Shown: positions 48,899 through 58,728 of the stretch, one piece after another
Numbering within the stretch: position 1 is the first letter of the stretch
Layout: the number at the start of each line of letters is the position of its first letter
Assembly (NCBI GenBank): GCA_021785175.1
Contig: JAJYGH010000077.1
Span: forward strand, 11,709-75,708
Direction of reading: 5' to 3'
Source: Chloroflexota bacterium
Lineage (GTDB): Bacteria; Chloroflexota; Limnocylindria; Limnocylindrales; CSP1-4
DNA: 64,000 nt
The notes under the pieces: generated by a model
What the model was told of the DNA's origin: nothing
The model's input: only the letters and a program-made list of their open reading frames with translations
The model's database searches: none
Program-made: the position numbers and the translations under genes

Positions 48899-50167
48899 AT
48901 GGCGGCGATGCCCGCCACCGACCGGTCCTACCGCGCGCTGCTCGCCGTGCCCTCGCTGGCGCGCGTGATCGCGGGCATGCAGATCGCACGGGTCGCCCAG
49001 TCGATGATCGGCGTCGCGCTCGTGCTCTTCACGCTCACCGAATACCACTCCGCGATCCTCGCCGGCGTCGTGACCTTCCTGAGCATCGCGCCGGGGATGG
49101 TCGCGAGCCCGATCGCGGGCGCACTGCTCGACCGGCACGGCCGTTCGCGGCTGGTGCTGCTCGACTACGCCGTCGCCTGCGTCTCGTTTGCCCTGATCGG
49201 CGTCCTCGCGATGTCCGGCCATCTTCCGGCGTGGCTCCTGCTGCTGATCGCGGCCGTCTCCTCGCTGACCGGCCCGCTGAGCAACTCGGGGCTGCGCAGC
49301 CTGTTCCCGCTGCTCGTGCCGCGGCACCTGTGGGAGCGCATCAACGCGGTCGACTCGATGGGCTACGTCATCGCGACGATCGTCGGTCCGCCGGTGGCCG
49401 GGACGCTCGTGGCGATCGCCGGCGGCTCGACCGCGCTCGTCGCGATCGGCGCGGTCTTCGCCGTCGCCGCCGTCGTGCTGATCGGCATCCCGGACCCGCA
49501 CACGGACGTGACCTCGACGGGCCGGCTCCTGCTCGACGCGTGGCAGGGCCTCCTCTACACGTGGCGCAACCCCACGCTCCGTGCGCTCGGCTTCGCGATC
49601 TCCGCGGTGAACCTGGCCGCTGGCGTGGTCACGATCGTGATTCCGCTCATCGTGCTCGACCACCTGCACCAGGGCCCGGGCGTCGTCGGCGCCGTCTTCG
49701 CGACGATGGGGATCGGCGGAGCCGTGGCGGCGATCGCGTTCGGCCGGCTCAACACGAACGGCCGCGAGCGCCTCATGCTCGCGGTCCCGATGGTCGGCAT
49801 GGCCCTCGCCGTCGCACTGCTGCTGCCCGAGCATCTCGCGCTGCTGGCCGCCTCGATGGCGCTCCAGGGTCTGATGAACGGGCCGATGGACGTCGGGATG
49901 TTCACGCTCCGGCAGCGGCGGACCGATCCGGCCTGGATGGGCCGCGCGTTCGCGGTGTCGATGAACTTCAACTTCGCGGGTTTCCCGATCGGGTCGGCGA
50001 TCGCGGGCCCGCTCGCGTCGGCGTCGATCCCCGCCGCCATCGTGTTCGCCGTCGCGATGGCGCTGGTCGGAGCGCTCCTCGCCTGGCGGGGGATTCCCGT
50101 GCGGGACGAAGGCGCGGCGTGGGTGCCGTCGCCGCGCCGCGAGGTCGGGTCGACGCCGGGACGGTAG
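48899..50167 (+). CDS. MFS transporter
   Basis: 12 predicted TM helices, MFS loop motif GALLDRHGRSR between TM2-3. Confidence 0.8.
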   Translation: MAAMPATDRSYRALLAVPSLARVIAGMQIARVAQSMIGVALVLFTLTEYHSAILAGVVTFLSIAPGMVASPIAGALLDRHGRSRLVLLDYAVACVSFALIGVLAMSGHLPAWLLLLIAAVSSLTGPLSNSGLRSLFPLLVPRHLWERINAVDSMGYVIATIVGPPVAGTLVAIAGGSTALVAIGAVFAVAAVVLIGIPDPHTDVTSTGRLLLDAWQGLLYTWRNPTLRALGFAISAVNLAAGVVTIVIPLIVLDHLHQGPGVVGAVFATMGIGGAVAAIAFGRLNTNGRERLMLAVPMVGMALAVALLLPEHLALLAASMALQGLMNGPMDVGMFTLRQRRTDPAWMGRAFAVSMNFNFAGFPIGSAIAGPLASASIPAAIVFAVAMALVGALLAWRGIPVRDEGAAWVPSPRREVGSTPGR

Positions 50168-50219
50168 GCAGAGCGCGGCAGATCTGCCAATGTGCTGGGA
50201 GATTTGATAAGGTTCCGGC

Positions 50220-51062
50220 GTGACTCCTCCGGCGTCCCGCCGTGTCCCCGAACGACGTCCACCCGCCACTCAGCCCGCCACTGACTGGATCGGGCTCGGC
50301 GACGCCACTGTCCTGCTCGGCGTCAGCCCCGCCACGCTCCGGCGCTGGTCCGACGAAGGCCGGATCCCCGTCTTCACGACGCCCGGCGGCCATCGCCGGT
50401 ACTCGCGCCGCGCGCTCCGCGCGTTCGTGCCGCACCGCGGGCCGCGCCCGACCCTCGCCCGCCTCGGAGCGTCGGCGGAGCGGATCGCACGCGCATACCG
50501 GGGACCGGGGCGGCGTCACGCCGCCCCGATCGCGCCCGCGACCGGCCACTCGTGGCTCGACGGGCTCGGCGAGCGGGATCTGGCGGCGTTCCGTGCGCGG
50601 GGCAGGACACTCGTCGAGGAACTGCTGCTGCACCTGGACGCCGGGGCGGAGTCGGCGGATGCCGCGGAGCACCTCGAGCGCGCGGTCTCGGCGGCGACAG
50701 AGCATGGGCGCGAGATGGCGCGCCTCGGCTGCTCGACGGTCGCGGCGGTCGAGACCTTCCTGGCGTTCCGTGCGCCGTTCCTCGGCGAGATGACGAGGCT
50801 CGCGCGTCGGCGGAGTCTCGACGCGGCGGAGGCTACGGGGCTCCTCGCGGCCGTCGAGGCGGCCCTTGACCGGCTGCTCGTGGCCACGATCGAAGGGCAT
50901 GCCGAGGGGAAGGCCGGGACCGGCCGCGAAACGACGCCGGGCACCCCGAATGCGACGAGCTCGACGGCCGCTGGAGTGCCGGCAGGCGGGGAGACGCCAG
51001 CGCGGGCAGGGGAACCTGGCGGGCGAAGGCGCAAGGGACCGGACGGGCGGGCGCGGCCGTGA
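50220..51062 (+). CDS. Helix-turn-helix (MerR/excisionase-type HTH_17) DNA-binding protein fused to an uncharacterised ~200-aa domain; candidate heme-operon regulator
   Basis: DWIGLGDATVLLGVSPATLRRWSDEGRIPVFTTPGGHRRY HTH; stop overlaps hemA GTG start. Confidence 0.55.
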   Translation: MTPPASRRVPERRPPATQPATDWIGLGDATVLLGVSPATLRRWSDEGRIPVFTTPGGHRRYSRRALRAFVPHRGPRPTLARLGASAERIARAYRGPGRRHAAPIAPATGHSWLDGLGERDLAAFRARGRTLVEELLLHLDAGAESADAAEHLERAVSAATEHGREMARLGCSTVAAVETFLAFRAPFLGEMTRLARRRSLDAAEATGLLAAVEAALDRLLVATIEGHAEGKAGTGRETTPGTPNATSSTAAGVPAGGETPARAGEPGGRRRKGPDGRARP

Positions 51063-52273
51063 GCGATCGCCCGTTGCCACTCTGGATCCTGGCCGCCCAG
51101 GCGGACCGGCACCCCGCCGAAGCGCGCGCCGCGTTCGCGCAGTCCGCACGCGCCGGCGCCGAGGATGCCGCGTTCCTCGTGACGTGTCACCGTGTCGAGG
51201 TCGTGGCGACGGGGGAGCGCCCACGGGCGTCGATCCAGGCCGCGGCCGGCGAGGCCGCGGCGCGCGGCCTCGCCCATGGGCTGCGCGCGTACGCGGGGCG
51301 CGAGGCGGCCGAGCATCTCTTCCGCCTCGCCGCCGGGCTGGAGAGCGCGGTCACGGGCGAGGACGAGATCCTCCACCAGGTGCGCGAACTCCTCGACGAC
51401 GTTCGGGAGGCCGAACACCCCGATGCCGTCCTCGTGCGCGCGCTCGAGGTGGCGATCGGCGTGGGCCGAAGGTCACGCGCGGAGCGCGAGCGGCCGCAGG
51501 AGCGCGGCCTCGCGGATCGAGCTCTCGACTGGGTGGCGTCGCGCGGCGTGGACATGGCCGGGAGCAGCGTGCTGGTCGTCGGCGCCGGCGTGATGGGCCG
51601 GGCGGTCGCCGTCGGCGCGGGACGGCGCGGGGGCCGGGTCACGGTCGCGAGCCGTGACGTGGAGCACGCGCGGAGCGTCGCGCGCCTGTTCGACGGCGAG
51701 GCATCGGCGCTGGACGCCGCGGCGGAGCGGTTCTGGACGTCGGATGCCGTCGTGGTCGCGCTGGCGGGCCCGTGGGTCGCGCTCGAGCGGGTCGAACGCG
51801 CCGTGCCCGGGCCCGCGGCCGCACCCTGCTGCCCCGCCGTCGTCGACCTGTCGTCACCGCCCGCGCTGTCCGGCTCGATTCGTGCCCACCTCGGCGAGCG
51901 GTACGTGGGGATCGACGACCTGTTCGCCGGGCGGCCGCAACGGGGCGCGGACGCCGAGCGAGTCCGGCGCGAGTACGTCGAGCACGCCGAGCGGCTCGTG
52001 GCGGAGGCGGCAGACCGCTTCGCGCGATGGGTCGAGGCACGGCCGTCGATCGAGACGCTCCGCGCGCTGCGAGCCTCGGCCGAGGCTCGGCGGGTGCGCG
52101 ACCTCGAACGGCTTCTGCGGCGGCTGCCCGATCTCGACCCGCGGCAGCGCGCGCTCGTGTCAGCCTTCTCGGAGCAGCTCGTTGCGGGGATCCTGCACGC
52201 GCCGAGCGCGCGCCTTCACGACGATTCGGACGGGTCGGCGGCCGCGGCGGCGCGACGGCTGTTCGGACTGTGA
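51059..52273 (+). CDS. hemA: Glutamyl-tRNA reductase
   Basis: Catalytic-Cys region FLVTCHRVEV (canonical TCNRxE with N to H), LESAVTGEDEILHQV, NAD Rossmann VLVVGAGVMG. Confidence 0.85.
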   Translation: MSDRPLPLWILAAQADRHPAEARAAFAQSARAGAEDAAFLVTCHRVEVVATGERPRASIQAAAGEAAARGLAHGLRAYAGREAAEHLFRLAAGLESAVTGEDEILHQVRELLDDVREAEHPDAVLVRALEVAIGVGRRSRAERERPQERGLADRALDWVASRGVDMAGSSVLVVGAGVMGRAVAVGAGRRGGRVTVASRDVEHARSVARLFDGEASALDAAAERFWTSDAVVVALAGPWVALERVERAVPGPAAAPCCPAVVDLSSPPALSGSIRAHLGERYVGIDDLFAGRPQRGADAERVRREYVEHAERLVAEAADRFARWVEARPSIETLRALRASAEARRVRDLERLLRRLPDLDPRQRALVSAFSEQLVAGILHAPSARLHDDSDGSAAAAARRLFGL

Positions 52274-53376
52274 GCGCGACGCCGGCGGCGTCTCGGCGCG
52301 CCCTTCGCCTCGGGACGCGCGGGTCCGCGCTCGCGCGGCTCCAGTCGGAGCAGGTCGCGGACGCCCTGCGCGCCCGCGGGCACGCCGTCGAGATCGTCGC
52401 GGTCGTGACCGCGGGCGACGTGCGACCGCCGGACACGGCCTGGGGGGAGGGTGCGTTCGTCGGAGCCCTCGAGCACGCGCTGCTGTGCGGCGAGGTCGAC
52501 CTGGCGGTCCACAGCGCGAAGGACGTGCCGATCGGCGAGGACAGGCCGGGCGACCGCGATGGCGGCGCCGCGCGCGCCCGAGCCGACGGTGCGGCGGGCT
52601 GCCCGGAGGCGCGTGCCGTCGCGCCGGCGACCGACGTGGGCGGCCCGTCCGGCGCTGGGCCGCTCGTGATCGCGGCGTACCCGTGGCGGGAGGATCCGCG
52701 GGATGCCCTCGTCCTGCCTGCCTCGCGCGCGGGCACCGTCCCCGACGCGCCGGCGCCCGCACTGCTGCCTCTTCCCGCGCCGGGGCCCATCCGCTGTGGC
52801 GGTCTCGACGCGGACCTGCTGCCGAGCGGGTCGCGCGTCGGCACCGACAGCCCGCGCCGTGCCGGCTTCCTCCGCGCCGCGCGCCCCGACCTCGAGATCG
52901 TGCCGCTCCACGGCAACGTCGACACGCGGCTGCGGCGCCTCGACGACGGGAATGCGGGTGCGCTCGTGCTCGCCGTCGCGGGCCTTCTCCGTCTCGGGCA
53001 CGCCGCCAGGATCTCGTGCGCGATCGACCCCGAGATCGTGCCGCCGGCGCCCGCGCAGGGCGCCCTCGCCGTCCAGTGCCGGTCGGACGACGGCGAGGTT
53101 CGCGCGGCGCTCGCGGGCCTTGACGACCCGTCGATCCGCCTCGCCGTCGAGACCGAGCGGGCCGTCCTGCGCGCGGCCGGTGGAGGGTGCCGCGCCCCGC
53201 TCGGCGCGTTCGCGACGGTGTCCGGCGGCGTGATCGACCTCGTCGCAGGTGCCGTTGCCGCCGACGGGCGGGCGACGATGACGCGGTCGTCGGCTCCCGA
53301 AGCCGCCTGGCGCGAGCTGGCGGAGTCCACCGCCCGCGCACTGCTGCGCAGCGGGTATCCGGGAGCCGACGAGTGA
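52270..53376 (+). CDS. hemC: Hydroxymethylbilane synthase (porphobilinogen deaminase) with low-complexity insertion
   Basis: LRLGTRGSALA N-terminal motif, cofactor-Cys region GGCRAPLGAFA; GTG overlaps hemA stop. Confidence 0.85.
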   Translation: MSATPAASRRALRLGTRGSALARLQSEQVADALRARGHAVEIVAVVTAGDVRPPDTAWGEGAFVGALEHALLCGEVDLAVHSAKDVPIGEDRPGDRDGGAARARADGAAGCPEARAVAPATDVGGPSGAGPLVIAAYPWREDPRDALVLPASRAGTVPDAPAPALLPLPAPGPIRCGGLDADLLPSGSRVGTDSPRRAGFLRAARPDLEIVPLHGNVDTRLRRLDDGNAGALVLAVAGLLRLGHAARISCAIDPEIVPPAPAQGALAVQCRSDDGEVRAALAGLDDPSIRLAVETERAVLRAAGGGCRAPLGAFATVSGGVIDLVAGAVAADGRATMTRSSAPEAAWRELAESTARALLRSGYPGADE

Positions 53377-54353
53377 CGGACGAAGCCGGCCGCGGGCATG
53401 GGTCCGACGGGCGAGCCGCCGAGCGCGGTCGACGAACCGTCCTCGTGACGCGTCCCGCCGGGCCTGCCGACCCGCTCGTCGCACGGCTCCGGGAGGCCGG
53501 CGTCGCCGTGCGCGCGGTGCCCACCGTTCTCACCCGCCCGCTGCCGCCGGGCGGCGCGCTGGATGAGGCGGTGGCGCGGCTGCTGGAGTTCGACTGGGTG
53601 GTCGTGACGAGTGCCGCGGGCGCGGACGCGTTCGCGGAGGCGTGGGCGCGGGCGCAGCCGACGGAACGCGCTGTCGGTCACGAAACCGAGCGCGGCGGCG
53701 AGGTGCTGGGCGCGCGACCGGCGCTCGGCCTCGACGAGCCCGTCCGCGCGCGGTTCGCGGCCGTCGGGCCCGCCACCGCCGACGCACTCCACCGGACCGG
53801 GTTCACGCCGTCCATCGCGAGCCCCGACGGCACGGCATCCGGGATCGTCGCGGCGCTGCGCGCCGTGGGAGACACGGCCGGGCTCCGCGTCCTGCTTCCG
53901 AGGGCGAGCGCGGCCGCCGCCGACCTTCCCGCCGCGCTCCGCGCCGCCGGCGCGCTGGTCGACGAAGTGGTCGCCTACGAGACCGTCGAGGCGCCGGCCG
54001 AGTCGGCTGCCCCATTGCGAGACGCCCTGGCCGATCCCGACCTCGCCGCGATCGCCGTCGCGTCCGGGTCGGCCGTCCGCGGGCTCGCCGCCCTCGTGTC
54101 GTCGTCCCCGGAAGCCGCGAGGCTCCACTCCGTCCCATTCGTCTCGATCGGTCCCTCGACGTCGGCGGAGGTGCGCCGCCTCGGGCTGCCGCTGGCTGCC
54201 GAGGCGAGCGCGCCCACGGTCGTCGCGCTCGCCGACGCCGTCCTCCGGCTGCTCGATGTGCTCGACGCCGGTCTGGCCGACGCGAGCCCTGCCGCCGGCC
54301 CCGCCGACGCCCGTTCCGCCGGCGTCCCGTCTTCCGTGGAGGTCACGCCATGA
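53373..54353 (+). CDS. hemD: Uroporphyrinogen-III synthase
   Basis: HEM4-like two-domain pattern (TVLVTRPAG...; VVTSAAGADAF; VVAYETV; FVSIGPSTSAE); GTG overlaps hemC stop. Confidence 0.75.
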   Translation: MTDEAGRGHGSDGRAAERGRRTVLVTRPAGPADPLVARLREAGVAVRAVPTVLTRPLPPGGALDEAVARLLEFDWVVVTSAAGADAFAEAWARAQPTERAVGHETERGGEVLGARPALGLDEPVRARFAAVGPATADALHRTGFTPSIASPDGTASGIVAALRAVGDTAGLRVLLPRASAAAADLPAALRAAGALVDEVVAYETVEAPAESAAPLRDALADPDLAAIAVASGSAVRGLAALVSSSPEAARLHSVPFVSIGPSTSAEVRRLGLPLAAEASAPTVVALADAVLRLLDVLDAGLADASPAAGPADARSAGVPSSVEVTP

Positions 54354-55387
54354 CCCTCGTGTCGCGCCCGGCCGTTCCGCACGCCGCCCCGCCCTCGATC
54401 GACCTGCCGCGCTTCGACCGCACCCGTCGGATGCGCGCCTCGGCCGCGCGCCGCTCACTTGTTCGGGAGACCCGGCTCTCGCCCGCGCAGTTCGTCATGC
54501 CGCTGTTCGTGATCCCCGGCCGCGGGCGTCGCGAGCCCATCGCCTCGATGCCCGGGCAATCGCGCCTGTCCCCGGACCTCGTCGTCGAGCTCGCGGGAGA
54601 GCTGGCGTTGCTCGGCGTCGGTGGCCTGATGCTGTTCGGGATCCCCGGCGAGAAGGACCCGGACGGCGAGGCCGCGGCCGACCCGCAGGGCCCGGTGCCG
54701 GAGGCGCTCCGCCTGCTGCGCGAGGCGGGGCTGCCGCTGACGCTGGCGGCCGACGTGTGCCTGTGCGAGTACACGACGCACGGACACTGCGGGATCGTCG
54801 TCGGCGACCGGATCGACAACGACCTGACCCTGCCCCGCCTGGCGGAGGCCGCGGTCGCGTACGCGCGCGCCGGGGCGGACGTCGTCGCGCCGAGCGCGAT
54901 GATGGACGGCCAGGTGGCCGCCATCCGGCACGGGCTCGACGCGGCCGGCGAGACGAATACGGCGATCCTCGCGTACGCCGCGAAGCACGCGTCGGCGCTG
55001 TACGGGCCGTTCCGCGACGCGGCCGATTCGACGCCGTCGTTCGGCGACCGGCGCAGCCACCAGATGGATCCGGCGAACGGACGCGAGGCGCTGCGCGAGA
55101 TGGCACTCGATGCGGCCGAGGGGGCGGACATGCTGATGGTGAAGCCCGCCATCACGTCGCTCGACGTGCTCGCGCGGGCGCGAGAGCGGTTCGACCTGCC
55201 GCTCGCCGCGTACCAGGTGAGCGGCGAGCTCGCGATGGTCGAGGCGGCCGCGGCACATGGCTGGATCGACCGGCGTCGCACCGCGCTCGAACTGCTGACG
55301 GCGATCGCGAGAGCGGGTGCCGACGTGATCCTGACCTACCTGGCCCGCGACGCCGCGACGTGGCTCGCGGAGGAGGCGAAGCGATGA
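54350..55387 (+). CDS. hemB: Delta-aminolevulinic acid dehydratase (porphobilinogen synthase)
   Basis: RRLVRETRLSPAQFVMPLFV, active-site region CLCEYTTHGHCG and Schiff-base Lys region MLMVKP; ATG overlaps hemD stop. Confidence 0.9.
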   Translation: MTLVSRPAVPHAAPPSIDLPRFDRTRRMRASAARRSLVRETRLSPAQFVMPLFVIPGRGRREPIASMPGQSRLSPDLVVELAGELALLGVGGLMLFGIPGEKDPDGEAAADPQGPVPEALRLLREAGLPLTLAADVCLCEYTTHGHCGIVVGDRIDNDLTLPRLAEAAVAYARAGADVVAPSAMMDGQVAAIRHGLDAAGETNTAILAYAAKHASALYGPFRDAADSTPSFGDRRSHQMDPANGREALREMALDAAEGADMLMVKPAITSLDVLARARERFDLPLAAYQVSGELAMVEAAAAHGWIDRRRTALELLTAIARAGADVILTYLARDAATWLAEEAKR

Positions 55388-56211
55388 CCGACAACGCCGG
55401 CGGAAGCGGCACCGACCGGAACCCCGCGCCGGACGCCGCCCAGCAACCCGAGCGACCCCCGTCCCGATACGTCCACGCGCTCGCGCTCGGCCTCGACCCC
55501 GCCTGGCGGCGATTGCCCGCGGCCGAGCGCGAGGGATCGGGCCGCGCCTTCGCCGCCGCGCTCGAGGCTGACCCGTCGATCGTCACCCACACCTACTCGA
55601 TGATCGGCCTCCAGGCCGGGACCGACCTGCTCATCTGGCGGCTCGCGCCGTCGCTCGACGCGCTCGAGCAGGCGGCGGCGCTGGCGCTCCGCTCGGGGCT
55701 GGGCGCCTGGCTGACGGTGCGCGAGAGCCTGATCGGGACGATCCAGCCATCGCAGTACGTGCGGAACCCGACGCAGCAGGAGCAGTCGCTGTTCGAGGGC
55801 GAGCGCTCGGCGTACCTGGTCGTGTACCCGTTCACGAAGTCGACGGAGTGGTACCTGCTGGGGCGGGACGCGCGGCAGGGGATCATGAACGAGCACATGC
55901 GGATCGGGCACCGCTATCCGCAGGTACGGCAGCTGCTCGCGTACTCGTTCGGGCTCGACGACCAGGACTTCATCGTGGCGTACGAGACCGACGACCTTCC
56001 GGGCTTCGTCGACCTCGTGCGCGACCTGCGCGGCTCCGACAGCCGCCGGTCCACCGTGCGTGACACGCCGATCCTGACGGCGGTCCACCGCCCGATCGGC
56101 GAGATCCTCGAGATGCTCGGGGCCACCACGGCGGCGTCGACGCGCAGCGCCGCCGGCGTGTCCGGCCACGGCCGGTCCGGCTCGCGCGACACGGTGGGAG
56201 CGGCGCGGTGA
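55384..56211 (+). CDS. hemQ: Coproheme decarboxylase (HemQ/ChdC, chlorite-dismutase-like fold)
   Basis: YSMIGLQAGTDLLIW and YLVVYPFTKSTEWYLL...YSFGLDDQDFIVAYETDDL typical HemQ; embedded in heme operon. Confidence 0.85.
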   Translation: MTDNAGGSGTDRNPAPDAAQQPERPPSRYVHALALGLDPAWRRLPAAEREGSGRAFAAALEADPSIVTHTYSMIGLQAGTDLLIWRLAPSLDALEQAAALALRSGLGAWLTVRESLIGTIQPSQYVRNPTQQEQSLFEGERSAYLVVYPFTKSTEWYLLGRDARQGIMNEHMRIGHRYPQVRQLLAYSFGLDDQDFIVAYETDDLPGFVDLVRDLRGSDSRRSTVRDTPILTAVHRPIGEILEMLGATTAASTRSAAGVSGHGRSGSRDTVGAAR

Positions 56212-57500
56212 CGGAGACGACCGCCGCGGCGGCGAGCGCTGCCAGGTACCGCCGGCGAGCGGAGGCGCTCTTCCCGGGCGGCGTCAACAGCCCGGTTCGG
56301 GCGTATCGCGCGGTCGGCGGCGACCCGCCCATCATCGTCCGCGGCCGCGGTGCGACCGTCACCGACGTGGACGGCGTGGAGTACCTCGACTACGTCGGCG
56401 CGTTCGGGCCACTCATCCTCGGCCACGCGCACCCGGCGGTGACGACGGCCGCAGTCGCACAGATCGAGGCGGGCGCGCCGTTCGGCGCCACGGCGCCGGC
56501 CGAGGTCGAGCTCGGCGAGGCGATTCGGGAGGCGATGCCGTCGATCGAGAGGCTCCGGCTCGTGAGCTCCGGGACCGAGGCGGTCATGAGCGCGCTGCGC
56601 GTGGCACGTGCCGCGACGGGACGCGAGCTCGTCCTGAAGTTCGAGGGCGGCTACCACGGGCACTCCGACGGGCTGCTTGCCCAGGCCGGGTCGGGCCTCG
56701 CGACGCTGTCCCTGCCGGCGAGCGCCGGCGTGCCGGCGGACGTCGCCGCGCAGACCATCCTCGCCCGCTACAACGACCTTGGGCCGGTCGAGGCGGCGTT
56801 CGAGCGGTATCCGGGCCGGATCGCGGCCGTCATCGTCGAGCCCGTCGCGGCGAACATGGGCGTGGTCGCGCCGGTAGCCGGCTTCCTCGAGGGGCTCCGG
56901 GAGATCACGGCCCGCTGCGCTGCGCTGCTCGTGTTCGACGAGGTCATCACCGGCTTCCGGGTCGCGCACGGTGGCGCCCAGGCGCGCTACCACGTGACGC
57001 CCGACCTGACCGTCCTCGGCAAGATCATCGGCGGAGGGATGCCGGTCGGTGCCTACGGGGGCCGCGCGGACCTGATCGACCTCGTGGCGCCCGTGGGGCC
57101 GGTCTACCAGGCGGGGACGCTTTCGGGTCACCCGGCCGCGATGGCCGCCGGGGCCGCGACGCTGCGACTGCTCGGTGCCGACCTGTACGCCCGCCTCGAG
57201 CGGCTCGGCGCCTCGCTCGAGGCGGGGCTGCTCGAGGCGGCGTCAGCGGCCGGCCGGTCTGTGTCCGTCGGGCGCGTCGGCTCGATCCTGACGCTGTTCT
57301 TTCGCGGCCGCGCGCCGCGGGACTTCGACGAGGTGCAGGAGGCCGACGTTGCCGCCTTCGCGCACTTCCACCGCGCGATGCGGGCCGCCGGAATCCTGCT
57401 GCCGCCCGCGTCGCAGGAGGCGTGGTTCGTCTCCGCCGCGCACACTGACGAGGACGTCGCGCGGACGGTCGAGGCCGCGCGGGAGGCCTTCCGGGCATGA
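56208..57500 (+). CDS. hemL: Glutamate-1-semialdehyde 2,1-aminomutase
   Basis: FPGGVNSPVRAY, PLP-Lys region VLGKIIGGGMPVGAYGG. Confidence 0.93.
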   Translation: MTETTAAAASAARYRRRAEALFPGGVNSPVRAYRAVGGDPPIIVRGRGATVTDVDGVEYLDYVGAFGPLILGHAHPAVTTAAVAQIEAGAPFGATAPAEVELGEAIREAMPSIERLRLVSSGTEAVMSALRVARAATGRELVLKFEGGYHGHSDGLLAQAGSGLATLSLPASAGVPADVAAQTILARYNDLGPVEAAFERYPGRIAAVIVEPVAANMGVVAPVAGFLEGLREITARCAALLVFDEVITGFRVAHGGAQARYHVTPDLTVLGKIIGGGMPVGAYGGRADLIDLVAPVGPVYQAGTLSGHPAAMAAGAATLRLLGADLYARLERLGASLEAGLLEAASAAGRSVSVGRVGSILTLFFRGRAPRDFDEVQEADVAAFAHFHRAMRAAGILLPPASQEAWFVSAAHTDEDVARTVEAAREAFRA

Positions 57501-58657
57501 CGCCGGGTCCCGCTCCGTTCAGCTCCGCTCCGTTGCCGGGTCGCGCTCACGTCGGGACCCCTCGGCCCGAGGCCCGGATCGGCGACGCGACCGGGGCGCC
57601 TGTCGGCGGCGGCGGATCGCCTCGTCGCGACCTGCCCCTGCTGCGTGCGTACCGCCGCGAGTCGGTGCCGTACACGCCCGTGTGGTTCATGCGCCAGGCC
57701 GGCCGCGCCCTGCCCGAGTACCGCGCGATCCGCGAGCGCGCGGGCCTGGCGGAGATCGTTCGCGACCCTGCGCTCTGCACCGAGGTCACGTTGCAGCCGG
57801 TGAGCCGGCTCGGCGTCGACGGCGCGATCATGTTCGCCGACATCACGACGCCGCTGCCGGGCATGGGGGTGGACGTCCGGTTCGTCGAGGGCGTGGGCCC
57901 GGTCATCGACGCCCCCGTGCGCACCCCGGCCGACGTCGCACGGCTGACCCCGTTCGACCCGCAGGACGCCGTCGAGTCGCTCCTCGAGGCCGTCCGGCTT
58001 GTCCGCGCAGAGAGCCCGGTGCCGGTCATCGGGTTCGCCGGCGCGCCGTTCACGCTTGCGAGCTACCTCGTCGAGGGTCGCTCCTCGCGGGATGCGACGC
58101 GCCTGCTCGGCCTGTTCCGCTCCGATGCCACGACGTTCCACGCGTTGCTCGCGCGACTCGTCGACGCGACCGTCGCCTACGCGCGCGCGCAGGTCGAGGC
58201 GGGCGCCGAGGCCATCCAGATGTTCGACAGCTGGGTCGGGGTGCTGAGCCCGTGGGACTACGAGCGCGGGGTGCTCCCGCACATCCGGCGGCTGTTCGCC
58301 GGCCTCGAGGGTCTCGGCGTGCCGCTTGTGCTGTTCGGGACCGGGACCGCCGGACTCCTCGAGCTCCAGGGGGCCTCCGGGGCGACCGTCATCGGCCTCG
58401 ACTGGAGGATCGGGCTGCGGGAGGCGCGCACACGGTTGCCGGCGCTGGCCGTCCAGGGGAACCTCGACCCATCGGCGCTGCTCGGGTCCTTCGATGGCGT
58501 GGCGGAGCAGGCGACGTGGGTGCTCGACCAGGCGACCGGGACGCCGGGACACGTGTTCAACCTGGGGCACGGCGTCCTGCCGGCGACCGACCCCGACGAT
58601 CTCCGGCGGCTCGTGGACCTCGTGCACGAGCGGACGTCGGCGAGGGCAGGGTCGTGA
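57497..58657 (+). CDS. hemE: Uroporphyrinogen decarboxylase, copy 1 (long N-terminal extension)
   Basis: PVWFMRQAGR signature 1, IMFADITTP, GFAGAPFTLASYLVEG signature 2; ATG overlaps hemL stop; alternative later GTG start possible. Confidence 0.88.
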   Translation: MTPGPAPFSSAPLPGRAHVGTPRPEARIGDATGAPVGGGGSPRRDLPLLRAYRRESVPYTPVWFMRQAGRALPEYRAIRERAGLAEIVRDPALCTEVTLQPVSRLGVDGAIMFADITTPLPGMGVDVRFVEGVGPVIDAPVRTPADVARLTPFDPQDAVESLLEAVRLVRAESPVPVIGFAGAPFTLASYLVEGRSSRDATRLLGLFRSDATTFHALLARLVDATVAYARAQVEAGAEAIQMFDSWVGVLSPWDYERGVLPHIRRLFAGLEGLGVPLVLFGTGTAGLLELQGASGATVIGLDWRIGLREARTRLPALAVQGNLDPSALLGSFDGVAEQATWVLDQATGTPGHVFNLGHGVLPATDPDDLRRLVDLVHERTSARAGS

Positions 58658-58728
58658 CGATGCAGGATCCCCCGCTCGCGGGGGAGGCGGCGTGCGGTGC
58701 GCGCACGCGTGTCGCCGGGGCCGGGCCG

